A stretch of 64,000 nucleotides of DNA from Phoronis australis (taxonomy: Eukaryota > Animalia > Phoronida), in contig NMRA01000542.1 in NCBI GenBank assembly GCA_002633005.1, positions 124,001-188,000 of the forward strand, read 5' to 3'. Positions 1-12,988 of this stretch are shown one piece after another (position 1 is the stretch's first letter; every line of letters starts with the position of its first letter). The notes under the pieces were generated by a model. The model was not told the DNA's origin. It saw only the letters and a list, made by a program, of their open reading frames with translations, and made no database searches. Made by a program: the position numbers and the translations under genes.

Positions 1-260
1 TTCCGACTTAGTATCCACCGTTGTTGTTCATGCTAGTGTTAAATTGAAACAGAAAATTATCTCCTGGTAGCCAAACACAGGTACTATTGCATATTATGCA
101 GTTAACAAAGGGTACAAGTGGATCGCGTCCTTGCCTAAGTGGGCCTAAAACGGTTTTACTCTAAGACGCACATTCAGTCAAACTCGATATGCCATGACAT
201 TCGTATGAGCTTACATTGCTTTCATTCCTCCTGTGTTGCGTTTCACTTCTCCCTTTCCAG

Positions 261-308
261 ACTACCTTGAGACCAGTTCATCAAAACTGCATGCATTTTG
301 GAAAGCCG
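261..308 (+). CDS. Candidate 48-nt phase 1-1 exon of the GPCR (ICL3)
   Basis: Strong pyrimidine tract (cttctccctttccag) and a G|gtaatg donor. The frame is open (YLETSSSKLHAFWKA) and phase-compatible with the phase-1 acceptor at 5454. No homology support. Confidence 0.3.
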
Positions 309-629
309 GTAATGAGATTGACGCAGTCTTCAAGCGGGGTACGGTCCCCTAACATAGCACAGCACGGCAACGCCGTGCTTTATTAGTTAGCTCTGTAGTA
401 TTGGCGTGACTACCTTGTGCTGCTTATATACACTCACCCCCTTTGTTTGCATTAGACGCACACTACCACAATACTGAACTCTTAACCCTGAGACGAACCG
501 GGCGATTAGGACAAAAGAGATGCATATAGTTTAGGATTTGTTGCAAAATAATTTTGATAACTGATGGGGTGGTGCGATATTTTTACTTGGCGAGATAAAT
601 TTTGCTCATTGTGTTTGTCATGCGAAAAT

Positions 630-782
630 CAGGGGCGGATCTAGGATTTTAAATTGGGGGGCAGGGCAGAGTATTAGCCAGGATTTTGTCCGTCAGACAT
701 TCGCACCCCTGAGCTTCCAAATGGAATTTGGGGGAACTTTAGGGGGACCATGGCCCTTTGCCCCCCTCTAAATGCGCCACTG
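630..782. mobile_element. MITE with CAG(G/T)GGCGGATC termini and 5-bp TSD (hAT5-like)
   Basis: Left end caggggcggatctagg, right end ctaaatgcgccactg, flanked by AAAAT at 625-629 and 783-787. Confidence 0.75.
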
Positions 783-1804
783 AAAATGTTTTATTTTTTT
801 TGTTAGTTCGCAAAATTACGGTCTCATTTTTCAACCGAATGATATGACAGTTTGCACAAAACATCTCCTTGGTGAGCTACTCGAACTAGGCTTGTGGGTG
901 TGGAAGTCATTTTGTTTCACATTCACACTGACATGCTCATAAAATTTGCATGTTTGCTATGATGTGCTCAAAGGCAACTCATTGACAAATGAAAAGGAGA
1001 GTGGGGCCAATAATTTGTCGATAATTTTGCCGGTGAACCCGTGACAAACGGTATAGGCGTAGACCCGGGGGTAATCGAGAAAATAAAGATACAGTGAAAC
1101 AAGAAGACAGGAAACAATACGAGGAGAACATTTGTTAATTATAGTATCGTAGGAGACCTGGAACGGATATGTTTGTTAAGTATAGTACAGTGGGAGACCT
1201 GGTACGGATATGCTTGTTAAGTATAGTACAGTGGGAGACCTGGTACGGATATGCTTGTTAAGTATAGTACAGTGGGAGACCTGGTACGGATATGCTTGTT
1301 AAGTATAGTACCNGTCAGACATTCGCACCCCTGAGCTTCCAAATGGAATTTGGGGGAACTTTAGGGGGACCATGGCCCTTTGCCCCCCTCTAAATGCGCC
1401 ACTGAAAATGTTTTATTTTTTTTTGTTAGTTCGCAAAATTACGGTCTCATTTTTCAACCGAATGATATGACAGTTTGCACAAAACATCTCCTTGGTGAGC
1501 TACTCGAACGAGGCTTGTGGGTGTGGAAGTCATTTTGTTTCACATTCACACTGACATGCTCATAAAATTTGCATGTTTGCTATGATGTGCTCAAAGGCAA
1601 ATCATTGACAAATGAAAAGGAGAGTGGGGCCAATAATTTGTCGATAATTTTGCCGGTGAACTCGTGACAAACGGTATAGGCGTACACCTGGGGGTAATCG
1701 AGAAAATAAAGATACAGTGAAACAAGAAGACGGGAAACAATACGAGGAGAACATTTGTTAATTATAGTATCGTAGGAGACCTGGTACGGATATGTTTGTT
1801 AAGT
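692..1804. repeat. ~490-bp near-identical direct duplication (692-1181 vs 1314-1804) around a single 'n'; probable haplotype or assembly artefact
   Basis: The second copy starts right after the n at 1313. The copies differ by scattered SNPs. Confidence 0.8.
1123..1312. repeat. 41-bp tandem repeat, ~4.5 copies, ending at an assembly 'n'
   Basis: Unit ggagacctggtacggatatgcttgttaagtatagtacagtg. Confidence 0.9.
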
Positions 1805-3823
1805 AACCCATTTTTGAGATACAGATCGTCTAAATGCGCTTAAAAACCTGTCCTCAATCAATAAACTCCGAAAATTCCGAGAAAATGTTTTAGGTACAGA
1901 TTTCCAGACCAAATGGATGAAAACTATATTAAAAACGTTTTGATTTTGGTCACTTATCATTATAAGGTTGCCCTTTTTTGACAACGGAAATCTCGGATTT
2001 TATTTTCAAATTCAAGAAAACAGTTTTTAAGAAGTGCAAACCTTATTTCCAGAGCAATGGATAATGGAGTCATCTGTGGCTCTGTTTTCTTTGTTTGAAA
2101 TTTTGTATCACGAAAAAATGGGAACTTGACAGAGAGGAGCCTAATGCTAGCATCAATTGCTGCTTGTTTCATATTTTTGCAACTATATATATTCTGCCAT
2201 ATTCAAGGGCTCCAGCCCCTGGAGGGGACATTCTGATAGCATCCATGGGCACGCGTTTCCATTTTTTTTCTATTGAGGGTTAATTCGCTAGTGCATGCCA
2301 AAGGAAATTAGTAAGATTGTGGTTTTAACCTATTTGTAGTCATTCTCCACCAGTGAAGGTGTGCGACAATTTGCGATTCGCAGGTTTGTATAAATTGTCA
2401 CAAATTGTAGATTGTGACAGCTTTGTGCAGTAATGAAACTTTGGGGTATTACATGGCTGTGATAATTAAGTGTAACTTTAGTGCATCGGCACGGACTATT
2501 TGAATTTTTAAAATAGTGAAAAGCATAATTAAGTTTAAAATTTTGCACCAATATTTGAAAACTAAATATAAGCTATCATAGAGTGCTCAGTCTTGCAAAA
2601 GAAATTATTGGAGTACACGCACTATCTTTACTGGATGCATTTTTTTCTTCGAAATTATTGCTAGAAAACTCGGTCACAACCGAAGCTCAAAATGAGAAAA
2701 TCTGCTCTTGGATGAAAATGGCTTCTGTTTGACACCAGTAACAGATTTTGTGCTAGGCTTAAAATTCTCTCAATTTTTTGCAAGTAAGTCAAAACTGGAG
2801 GTTTAAAAAGTCGGCATGTGAGGGAACAAAATTCTCGTAATCCACATAAATACACATTGTCTACTGCATGTTGACATCTGGTACACTTCAATGATCCTTG
2901 TACTTCTAATTCGAATTCCTAGATCCGTCCCTGAATAGGCGCGTTTTCTGTACCTAGGCTTACATGCACTCTTTGTACTGCCGACATTGTTTGACCGTCT
3001 CGTGCGATAGAACTTTGCGTGCACTTTTATCTTAAGCTAAATGCACTCGTCACTGTACTAATACTCTTTTCTTTCAATTAGCTTAAAATGACTAATATTA
3101 ATTCGGGATCTACTAGCTTTATTGTAAAGCTGTATAAATCTGCAGCTTTGGATTGATCTGGGTAAAAAGTGAGCACAATGAAATCTGACGCAAAATTAAT
3201 GTCATTAAAAGCTACATTCTTCCTTGAGTAGACTTACATGCGCGAAAAAATTCCGTTATTCTGCAGTTAAATTTCTTGAGCTATCCAGGCGTCGAACTTT
3301 GAGTAGCATCAAATAGAGCGATGTCTGTTGTCCAACTTTTGTCTTCGTCCATTCGTCAATACAAGATTCTTTTTTCCCACGTTTATGCACAATTCCTAAC
3401 AATTTACCAGACGTGGTTATGCTTCGTTATCATTTTTAATACTTTATTACCGAGATTCTGGGGAAAGTTTTGCTTCAGCAATATTGTCACAATATCCCAT
3501 GTCACTTTACCAAACCAAAAATGTGCAGACGCGCATGCGCGTGTCAGAAGCGTACAGTTTGAAATCGACGCCTGAAAATGGCGTTAGCAAATGGCGTTCA
3601 TCAGATGTTGTTTCTTTTAAAGAGACCTGGAATGCGAAAACATGTTAAATTGCGTTCTTCAAAGTGTTTCTCTGCCACTGAAACAGAAAACAATGTGTTC
3701 ACCAAATACTTTTACGGATTGTTTGTAAAGATTTTGAATTTCTGTTGATGTCAAAGCATTTTTCTTTTAGTTTCAAATTTCAAAAAAAAACGATCACTCA
3801 ACTGCTCATTACTTCTTTTATTT

Positions 3824-3901
3824 TTTCTCACCTCTCCATATTTAGTATAGCAAGACATAGCATTCTCACCTCTCCATATTTAGTATAGCAAGACATAGCA
3901 T
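3824..3901. repeat. ~39-bp tandem duplication
   Basis: ttctcacctctccatatttagtatagcaagacatagca occurs twice. Confidence 0.85.
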
Positions 3902-5453
3902 ATTTCGCTTTCTGGAAAATATGATCTTTCGACATTAGATGTAAACAAAACAGGGGCAACTTCAAGCAGCACCCCTATTAAGAGGCAATTGATATTTAAA
4001 ATGTGTTACAAAGGTATCGTAATATTCAAATATATTCTAAAATGCACTTGGAATTCTCTTTGGGAAATCTCTTGCTTCACTGGCTTGCCTCATACTGTGG
4101 CTTTGACCTCAGATTCGGTATGCAATCACAAATGAAAATCCGTGGTTAAAATTCTTCCCGTCAGTAAGCTGTTTGTTGAATGACTGTGAGCGCATGCGCG
4201 CATTTATCGTAAGTGAGAGGAAGATTAGAAACTTTGTGGTCACTACATTCTTCGCACGTATTTCAAATATCGTGAATTTTGTGATTTTTCGTGGACAAGT
4301 GAAATAATTCTGTAGGGGAATAATTCAGGGGGAAAGTGAATAATTATGTGGTAGACGTTGCGAGATAATACTTTTCGCCAAGAATTGTTTAAAAGACGAG
4401 TTTCAGCGTTCTGTGTCTCATTAACAATCGCATACCACGGTTGGGTGTACTACATTTTGATATAAGTCTCATAGTGACAGTTCAGAGAAATCTAGCTTGA
4501 GTGGATTAAAAAGGAAACTTCGTTTAATTTGCCAACGTTTTACACAAATCGCTCGCTAGCTGGTGAATATTCGGGACCAGGTTTCAAACTTCTCTGGGAA
4601 ATGGCTTCTGCTGAGCTTCCTCGTGCGTTTTGACGAGTGTTTGTCATTTGAATTTACACATGTGGAGTCTCTTTGTAAAACAATTTCCTAGGGCAACTAA
4701 ACCCTATGGCACTTTAATTCCGAAAACATTGAGGAAATTAGAAAGTTCTGCGCCAACAACCTTAACAAGATAAACACATCCTCTGCGCAGCATTTAAACT
4801 TTGAATACATTTTCAGTTGAAATATGTATTTGAAATAATTCCTGGTTTGCCATTCTGCATGGTTAGTTAAATGGTCATTATGGATTTTGCTACCGAAAAG
4901 CGCAAGGTGGGATTTATGTTGGATGCAGTTGACTTGTTGAAGTTATTAACTTTGGCCAAGGCTTATTGATAGTATTAAAATACGCCAGTTCTCGCTATCA
5001 TCTGCCAGCCATTTGCTCAAACCAAGGCCTGTGACATTACCAGTTCAGTACTCTTAAAACACGTTGACATTTGTCGAGTGGGTTTAGCTGCGCCAGCGAA
5101 GCGTTGGACCGTCACCACTGTGATTGCGGGTTCAGAATATCACCTTTCTCGCCGATAATTAAACTTAAACAGAACCAAATGCTGGCATTTTTAAATATTT
5201 CTATAGGCCTATTTGAGCTCATCTATGCAATGGTCAAGTTTGTGACGGCTGAAAACACATTTTAAGTATAGTGTTTTGAAACTGTGCTTTGTAGTTAAAA
5301 GCAATATTTTTGAAGTATTCTTAAATGATGTCAAAAGCGTACGAAATCCACCAGTGTTTCAACTTTTTAATTTCGCGACAAATTGTGCACAATCTGTGTT
5401 TTAGAACATATTTCGGTTACATTCTAGATGTTTCAAATATTTGTCTTTGACAG

Positions 5454-8400
5454 AGCACAGGGTTTCGGACTCCAAAGGAAAGTTAAAACACAACAACGGA
5501 GGCAACAGTGCGTCATCATCGTCTGCTAACCAGGAGAATCAATTGAAAGCGAGGCGAAATGTGGCCAAAATGCTTATCACCATAGTGATTATGTTCGCCG
5601 TTTGCTACCTACCAGTCAATCTGATGAATATATTCAGGTTAAATTATAATTAACATGAGTGTTTAATTGCTTGACTCATATTTTAGTATTGCAGGAATGG
5701 TGATACCAAAGTTTTGCCATTAAATCTAACGTCACGAATACTCGACTACAATGTTTACATTGAGCCACAGTATGCAACAGTAAAAGCCGAGGCAGTTATT
5801 TAGATGTTGATCTGTACTCGAATAATTCATAAAAACTACTTAAAATTACAAGCGTACCTTTTGTTCTTTTCGTTCTTAATTTCAAAAAAAATCAGAAAAT
5901 CAGCCCAATTCATACATGTACTCATTGATGTGTCGACTAGACAAGTCTTGACAAATTGATAAATATCTGCGTATATTTTCGGCTTACGGTAAGAGAACAT
6001 TTTTTTAAAAGCTAATGTCACAAAACGGATCGATTCATAATAATTCATCACTTCAAAAAGAAAACTTCACTTTAAAATGTTTAAAGTGGCTTTCATTCCC
6101 GTTTACGACTTAAACATAAGCTCTTACCGTATAAGCTGATGTATAAATCCATGCCCTTATAGACGAAATGTTGCAATTTGGGAACATTTGAAGATGCTAT
6201 GACCTCGAGTATAGCGACATGCCATTCCGTGGAAATAGCGAATGAGGCCTGTTTTCACTTATAAATGCAACTAGAATACAAATTGGTCTCAAACATTACC
6301 TTGCCACGATAACATTTTTTATGCCATTTAAGCGATTTGAAGGGTTACCCGTCATTGATCCGCCCAAGAGTGTTAAACACTCAAATGAGATTTTTTTCTG
6401 AAGCTCCCTTTACCCTTGAAAGACATTTCTGGAAGTGAAAGTCAGTTTTCATTATGATATGGAAAGGTTTGAGACATCGTTTGTGTCTTTAAATTAAAGT
6501 CTTCTTCGTTTACATTTTACTCACATTTTGTTAGCAAAAATAAAATGTATTTCTTATAGGATTAATTGCTTTAGAACATTTTCTGTGGATCATAGCGATA
6601 CAGAAGTTTACTAGACATTACCATTCCATGTTCATCTGATTATTTCACCTCGGGATAAAAGCTAATTTGATATGATATTCACCAAATTATACCCAAAGTA
6701 TCACTAAACAAGTACATGTATGCATAGCGATCACGAGCTTTATATTGGGGCTAAAACAGAAGGCATGCTTACATTTCTGAGCAATTTTGAAAAATGTTAT
6801 GGAACAACATGGTAAATGTAAATGTATGTGATTTTAAGCAAATACTGCTTCATTTTGTACTGAGATAACGACTCATTGGCATAAACCTATGTCAACGGTT
6901 TGATCGTCGCACCCTGTTCCGTACGTTTGGGTCTTCGATATATTATTCGCATTAGCTATGTACGTACACCACTACCTGATCAAGTCAGTTTAACGATTTT
7001 CCCGTCTGTAGGTATGCTGGAGTTAAAATTGCACACGAAGAGACTGGCAGGTCCATTGCGTTAGTGTCTCATTGGCTCTGCTACTTGAATAGCGCTGTCA
7101 ATCCGATTATCTACAACTTCATGAGTGGTGAGTGAAACAATTTTTCAACATAGGTACTCAGATGGTCGTTACTAAAGCTGTGATGTGTGAAACAACTTAT
7201 AAACTTAATTACCATGTTTTGTAAATATTTTTCTTTTTACACTTGCAAGACTCAACATGGCCGCAGGCTCGTGGACTTTTGTTTTGTCAAATTGCTAAAA
7301 AATATTTCCAATAAATTTTGCCCTCTAGTTGGCATAGTCATAGATGTCACCAAACAGTGTTTCTAACTTTTAGCGTTAGCTGAAAAAATGTAAATATTTG
7401 CGTAAAGACATTTTAAATGCCAATTTTAGCTATAAATTTTGTCTGTTGTTGATGGTCTTGATTTCATGTTGAAAGGAAGCGCGCAGCACAAAAATATTTC
7501 ACAGATTTTTCGTGAATGCTGCTAAGCGTCATCACAACTCAGTACGGTGGCTGTGTACGGTGGCTGTGAAAGGACGGCACGGGCAACTTTTTCTCTCCGT
7601 TGTTAATTCTATCGATAGACTTAATAACTCTATCGATATACTTAATAACTCTATCGATAGACTTATTAACTCTATCGATAGACTTACTATCTCTATCGAT
7701 AGACTTAATAACTCTATCGATAGCCTTACTGTCTCTATCGATAGACTTACTAACTCTATCGATAGACTTCCTATCTCTATCGATAGACTTACTAACTCTA
7801 TCGATAGAGTTAGTTAGTCTATTGTCCTTTTACAGCCACCGTACCTCAGCATTTAACGTTCTTCTGCGTTTTATTTTCTACAAAAATATCATCTATTCCA
7901 GCAAATGTCTGTTCATTGTAAGGAAAATCATAAGTAAAAAATAATGTAGGTAAAGAACAGTCGTTAAGTTCTTATGTCGTAATGCATGGTGAACATACAT
8001 ACGAAAACTCTATCAATGATACATCTAGAATTCTCATCCTTCTTGCCATTGTCGTTGACAAGGAAACTAATGGATTAAAACGACATGCCAGGCGACACTA
8101 ATCAAATACCAACTTAGCCTCGTTCCGGCTACAAACCATACCTCATGTGGAACTTACTGAGTTGCCAAGACTCTTCGTTGCTTACTTAAAAACGTTGTAG
8201 AGAATACACAAAACCTTTTGCTTGTAACTTTGCTACTTTGCTGACTGTCCAATAACGGGTTCGAAGGCGCACTTATTAACGGCTCTAAGCAGTATATTAG
8301 GATAACAAGTCTGCAGTCTGTAGAAAAAAATAACACCAACGCCGTATATCTGGAAAGTGGTCTTATTAATGAGACAATTTCTTGATGTTGTTACCTAGCA

Positions 8401-8839
8401 GCATGCACGTGCTATTAAAAGTAAAAGGTGACCGATGTGCGCCCTTGGAGTAAGAGTTAACATTCGTTGCAGATTTAATAGTTATTTGACGTCATGTTTA
8501 AGACGAATCACGGCTCAGAAAAGATCGAAATTTTCTAATCCCACTCAGTAACTAGTTTAACACCGTCTTCGCTACTTTGCAGCCACTTTCAAAAAGGAAT
8601 TCAGGCACGCATGCAGTTGTTTAATGCCATCGTCTGCTCGTCGACGAGGCCGAACGGGTCGCTTCAAGGACAGTGGCTACTCTTACAGATATACAACGCA
8701 GTCAAGCTTCATGAGCAAAGACCGCGCTGAGTCAACGCGCGAGCCCCTGACTATTACAACACTAAATAAAAGTGGCAGTCTTGGGAGCGCAAGGAGTAAC
8801 TGTACAACCATGTCAAGAGATTTGACGTCGTGCGCGTGA
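5454..8839 (+). CDS. Orexin/allatotropin receptor-like class A GPCR, 3' part (ICL3-TM6, TM7, C-tail); 5' exons lie upstream of the window
   Basis: Exons 5454-5637, 7012-7127 and 8583-8839 have AG/GT ends and compatible phases. Translation gives QLKARRNVAKMLITIVIMFAVCYLPVNLMNIFR (TM6), SHWLCYLNSAVNPIIYNFMS (TM7 NPxxY, close to orexin receptor SHWLVYANSAANPIIYNFLS), then ATFKKEFRHACSC (helix 8 plus Cys) and a Ser/Thr-rich tail ending at TGA 8839. Confidence 0.88.
7558..7841. mobile_element. TA-flanked MITE carrying an internal 21-bp palindromic tandem array (10 copies)
   Basis: TIRs TA|cggtggctgtgaaaggac and gtccttttacagccaccg|TA. The internal unit ctctatcgatagacttaataa contains the palindrome TCTATCGATAGA. 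Confidence 0.8.
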
Positions 8840-10232
8840 GGTACACACGTCCATTCCGTATGCGTGGATGCAATTGATCGGTGCAGCAGTAAGCACTTTA
8901 GGCCGTGGATCATTCGGTGCAGTGTTGTCGTATGAGGTATAAGCAGGCAAGTTTGTGCAACGGATTTCCCGCGCAAACACTATTTCGGAATAAAGTGAAA
9001 TGTTTACGCGGATACTCATTGAAATTGCATTTCCGTTCATTTCATTTAAAATACATCTCAAGTCTTTCAGTTTGTATATTTCAAAATATTTCACAAATGC
9101 CTGGCCCACAGGTCTGACATTTCTCTATTTGCTTGAGCTGAAATCTCACTTGATCTCAGGATCATGCAACTATGCGTATGAACTTAAGCGTAGTCAACCA
9201 ATTTTGCGCATAATTAAAGAAAATGTTTCGATACGTGGTGTTTTCACAGCCAATACGAACATCACGTGTAATTTTCATAGCGCATGCGTTTGGCAATACT
9301 TGCGGTCCCTCACTTCGAGGAAAAGCAAGGCAAACCTCAATGAGCGTAAGAGCTGTGAAAACAACGTCGAAAAACTCTTCAATCTGGAATTAACGGTTGA
9401 GAATAATATGATTGATTGAAAAGTTTGTTTCTCGGACACGGGTGATGTTCAACCTTAGCCAATCAAAAATGGCTAAGAGGTCAAATTCGTAAATTTCACC
9501 GTTCAAATACAAAGTAGTGGTGAACGGCCATAATGTAAGTGAGAAATTTATTCTTCGGTCTATAAGTTTGCATGCCTTTTACGCTCGAGTCGAGAAAAAC
9601 ATTTTTAGTGCCAAACGTCTGATAGAAAAGACGAAAGTACTGAAATTCGTTGCACTGCTTGTATTTCATATGTACATGTACATAGTAAGTACACGATAAC
9701 GTTATACGGACATCGTGTCCCATATACCCAAGGCACTTTGAAAAGCACACTTCACCTGAGAGAATTTGTGCTTAAGGCGGATCATGTGACCAATTATTAA
9801 CAATTTCTGAGAGCACCTGTGGGTGGTCTACATCAACTGTAACAAATTTTTATGAAACTTTGTGAGGGTTTGGTCTTCCCCTAGATATCCACAGTCAACT
9901 TTTTTCTGACACAGGTCTCGTTTTCATTTTTATGCTGATCTTGATAAAATGGCTTTTCGACACTCCTTTCGGTAAAAAAGCTGTCAACTTTGCAAGCCTA
10001 TTGCGACATCTTAAAAGATAGGATTAACTACGATTTTTTCTCTGAATGCGTTTGACCTTAGATTCAGAAACACGTTTCATAACGTTTAAGTATTTAAGTA
10101 CTGGCTTTTCAAAAACTGCCATTTTTTGAAAATTTTCGATAGACTGATTTTGGCCATTTTCAATGGAAACGTGAGCAAAGAATATAGCATGCGTGAATAT
10201 GAAACCAGCGTGATTTGGCAATATTGGGTTAA

Positions 10233-10387
10233 AAAACGAGAGTTTACAAGAAGACTATAAGATAGGCAAGCATAACGTTTCGAGCCTGCAGCCCAACGTT
10301 ATGCTTACCTAGCTTATAGTCTTTAAGTAATTCTCTCGTTTGTTACCGTCATCACTGAAGACAACTATGAATTATAAACACTTTTAA
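10233..10387. mobile_element. Hairpin-containing insertion flanked by a 13-bp direct repeat (Penelope-like inverted end suspected)
   Basis: Inverted arms aagactataagataggcaagcataacgtt and aacgttatgcttacctagcttatagtctt. CAATATTGGGTTA occurs at 10220-10232 and 10388-10400. Confidence 0.5.
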
Positions 10388-11484
10388 CAATATTGGGTTA
10401 GTTAAGTACATACATGAAGCCAAAAGTTTGGTCTTTTGTCCGCTTAGTGGTTAACATGTACTTTTACTGAGTATACCTTGCACTATTTGGCTATTCAGCA
10501 ACAGTGATTACACAGTAGCTTTACAAAAAAGACGTACTACAAACATGACCATTCGAATACGCTAAGTGGATAATTAAGAATTTTTTAAATAGGAGGGTTT
10601 TCAGAGACCATCGGAAGTCCCTCTTCTATTAACTTCAGCAATTTTTCTATGTAATCTGGTGACAACATTCACTCCACCTTGGTAGCGATGCTGTAGTAGT
10701 GCGAAGGGTATGTGACAAGGGTGCAAGTAGTGATGGGGTGACGGTTGTGGAGGTTCCGGGGGGCGACTTTGATCCCTCAACAAAACCTGATTCTACTCTT
10801 ACAGCGAGGTATGCGTGTATAACACATTGTTTCTCAGGTCAATCCCTAAAATACATTATATCAGAGTGTACCATGCACAAGAAAACCTGCCAATTTGAGT
10901 TCAACAAGCTTGAATATGGGTCATGAAATCCTCTCTTATTTTGTGATTTGTGTAGGAGTTGCGTAGTTAGTTTAACGACAATACGTTTTCACCTAAAAAA
11001 ATGTTAGCAACGTCTGCTCAAGTGGCCACACGAAAAGAATCTTGACTTCATAAACCATTTTAGCCATTTACGGCATGGATTTTCTGAATTAGTCTGCACT
11101 CAAAAATCTGCCTTTGTTCGATAATTCTCATATAACTGACGTGGAAGTAAAAAATGTCACCTTGTATGAAACAATATACTAACATTTACTTGAACACGAA
11201 CATCCGGGTAATGGTCCTTATGCCTGCAGTCAAACATTTGCAAGTAAGACATTCTTTACAGAACAGAAATCCTTGCAGAAGACTTTGTTGCCATTTGTCA
11301 TGCATAGTCGACACGTATTTGTAAATAAAACGTCATTGTGCCGGTGACAATGTTTCATACTATACACTGTACATGGTATGGACTTTAAAGACGGGGTGAT
11401 AGCATTAAGGCAGACAAAATGACGTACTAAATGCATTTATTGGTCAATATTATGTTGCTTCCTATGTTACTAGCTAATAGCATT

Positions 11485-12618
11485 CTTATCGCCAGTCAAC
11501 AAGACTGAGTTCCATTTAGTGCCGAATAAAATCTAGAGTTACTAAACGGAGTGCATGGTGTAATCTTTGATAAGAGTGAAGTGCTACTTTTTTCCCATTG
11601 CTACGAGAGGTTGTATACGGAATACATAGTGCCGCAGAAGAGACGACGGTAACCGCTGTCACAAAGCGCCACCTATAGGGAAGATTTTCCCTCGGACTGA
11701 TTCGGGGGTACCAATGAAAATGGTCGGGCGGCAAGGAGTGTAAATGAGAGTTAAGTTGTAGGTTGAAAAGCTAATTTGTTGTTATTAAAATGTATACACA
11801 TGTCTTGACTATTAATAAAGGTTACTTATGAACCATGTTTTTTATTTTATTCTGCAGTTCGTAAATTTTTCTTTACTGAAAAAGCCCACCCATTCTCCCA
11901 CAAAATTCTGAGAACAGGGAATGAGTCGGCCATCTTCGGTTACTACGTCATATCAGAGAGGCGTGTCTAGAGCAATGCCTAGTCGGTCGAGTATCTTCAA
12001 TGTTATGTACCGAAAGAGTTTAGTGGTTTTTTTACGAATTTCAACGTATTTNCTTATCGCCAGTCAACAAGACTGAGTTCCATTTAGTGCCGAATAAAAT
12101 CTAGAGTTACTAAACGGAGTGCATGGTGTAATCTTTGATAGGAGTGAAGTGCTACTTTTTTCCCATTGCTACGAGAGGTTGTATACGGAATACATAGTGC
12201 CGCAGAAGAGACGACGGTAACCGCTGTCACAAAGTGCCACCTATAGGGAAGATTTTCCCTCGAACTGATTCGGGGGTACCAATGAAAATGGTCGGGCGGC
12301 AAGGAGTGTAAATGAGAGTTAAGGTTGTAGGTTGAAAAGCTAATTTGTTGTTATTAAAATGTATACACATGTCTTGACTATTAATAAAGGTTACTTATGA
12401 ACCATGTTTTTTATTTTATTCTGCAGTTCGTAAATTTTTCTTTACTGAAAAAGCCCACCCATTTTCCCACAAAATTCTGAGAACAGGGAATGAGTCGGCT
12501 TTCTTCGGTTACTACGTCATATCAGAGAGGCGTGTCTAGAGCAATGCCTAGTCGGTCGAGTATCTTCAATGTTATGTGCCGAAAGATTTTAGTGTTTTTT
12601 ACGAATTGCAACGTATTT
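11485..12618. repeat. ~567-bp direct duplication around a single 'n' (12052); probable haplotype or assembly artefact
   Basis: 11485-12051 vs 12053-12618 are near-identical with a few SNPs and indels. This duplication produces the twin 72-aa ORFs in the track. Confidence 0.85.
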
Positions 12619-12988
12619 TTAATTAAACTGGCCGATTTCTCACTGATCTAAGACTGCGTCGCCGATGGGATCGAAGACTGTCAAGTTCACAAGGAAGCAT
12701 AAATAAGGCAATCGAATCATTCTTTCGTTTTGAAGAAATTCTTCAACAAAAATAAAACTTGTCAAAATCGGGTGAAGCAGTATAAAGATATAGAAGTTTG
12801 GGTCACTTGTTTGGATCGTGTCGGCCATCTCGGGAGACTGCAGCAATACAAGTTACAAGTTTATAACTGCTTATTAATTACTTTCACCAATAGTTTACAG
12901 TGAAATTCAGGAAGACGTGTCTTAACCTACTATTCTGTGTGATTCAACATTTTTCACCAGAACTGGGTCTCGCAAATGTAACTTATCG

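Noticed and set aside
7512-7944. Heptad-repeat ORFs (NSIDRL / LSIDL) as coiled-coil proteins
   Set aside because: They are translation artefacts of the 21-bp tandem array inside a MITE in a GPCR intron.
9000-9419. 139-aa ORF downstream of the GPCR
   Set aside because: It lies in the probable 3' UTR, has no domain-like pattern and has the composition expected of AT-rich noncoding DNA.
9772-9800. Additional TTAA-initiated Kolobok-like ends (also near 27080, 27220 and 55319)
   Set aside because: Matching partner TIRs and TSDs could not be found in the window, so element boundaries are unsupported.
11516-12302. Two paralogous 72-aa ORFs
   Set aside because: They result from the duplication around a single 'n', have no recognisable domain and start with TTG.
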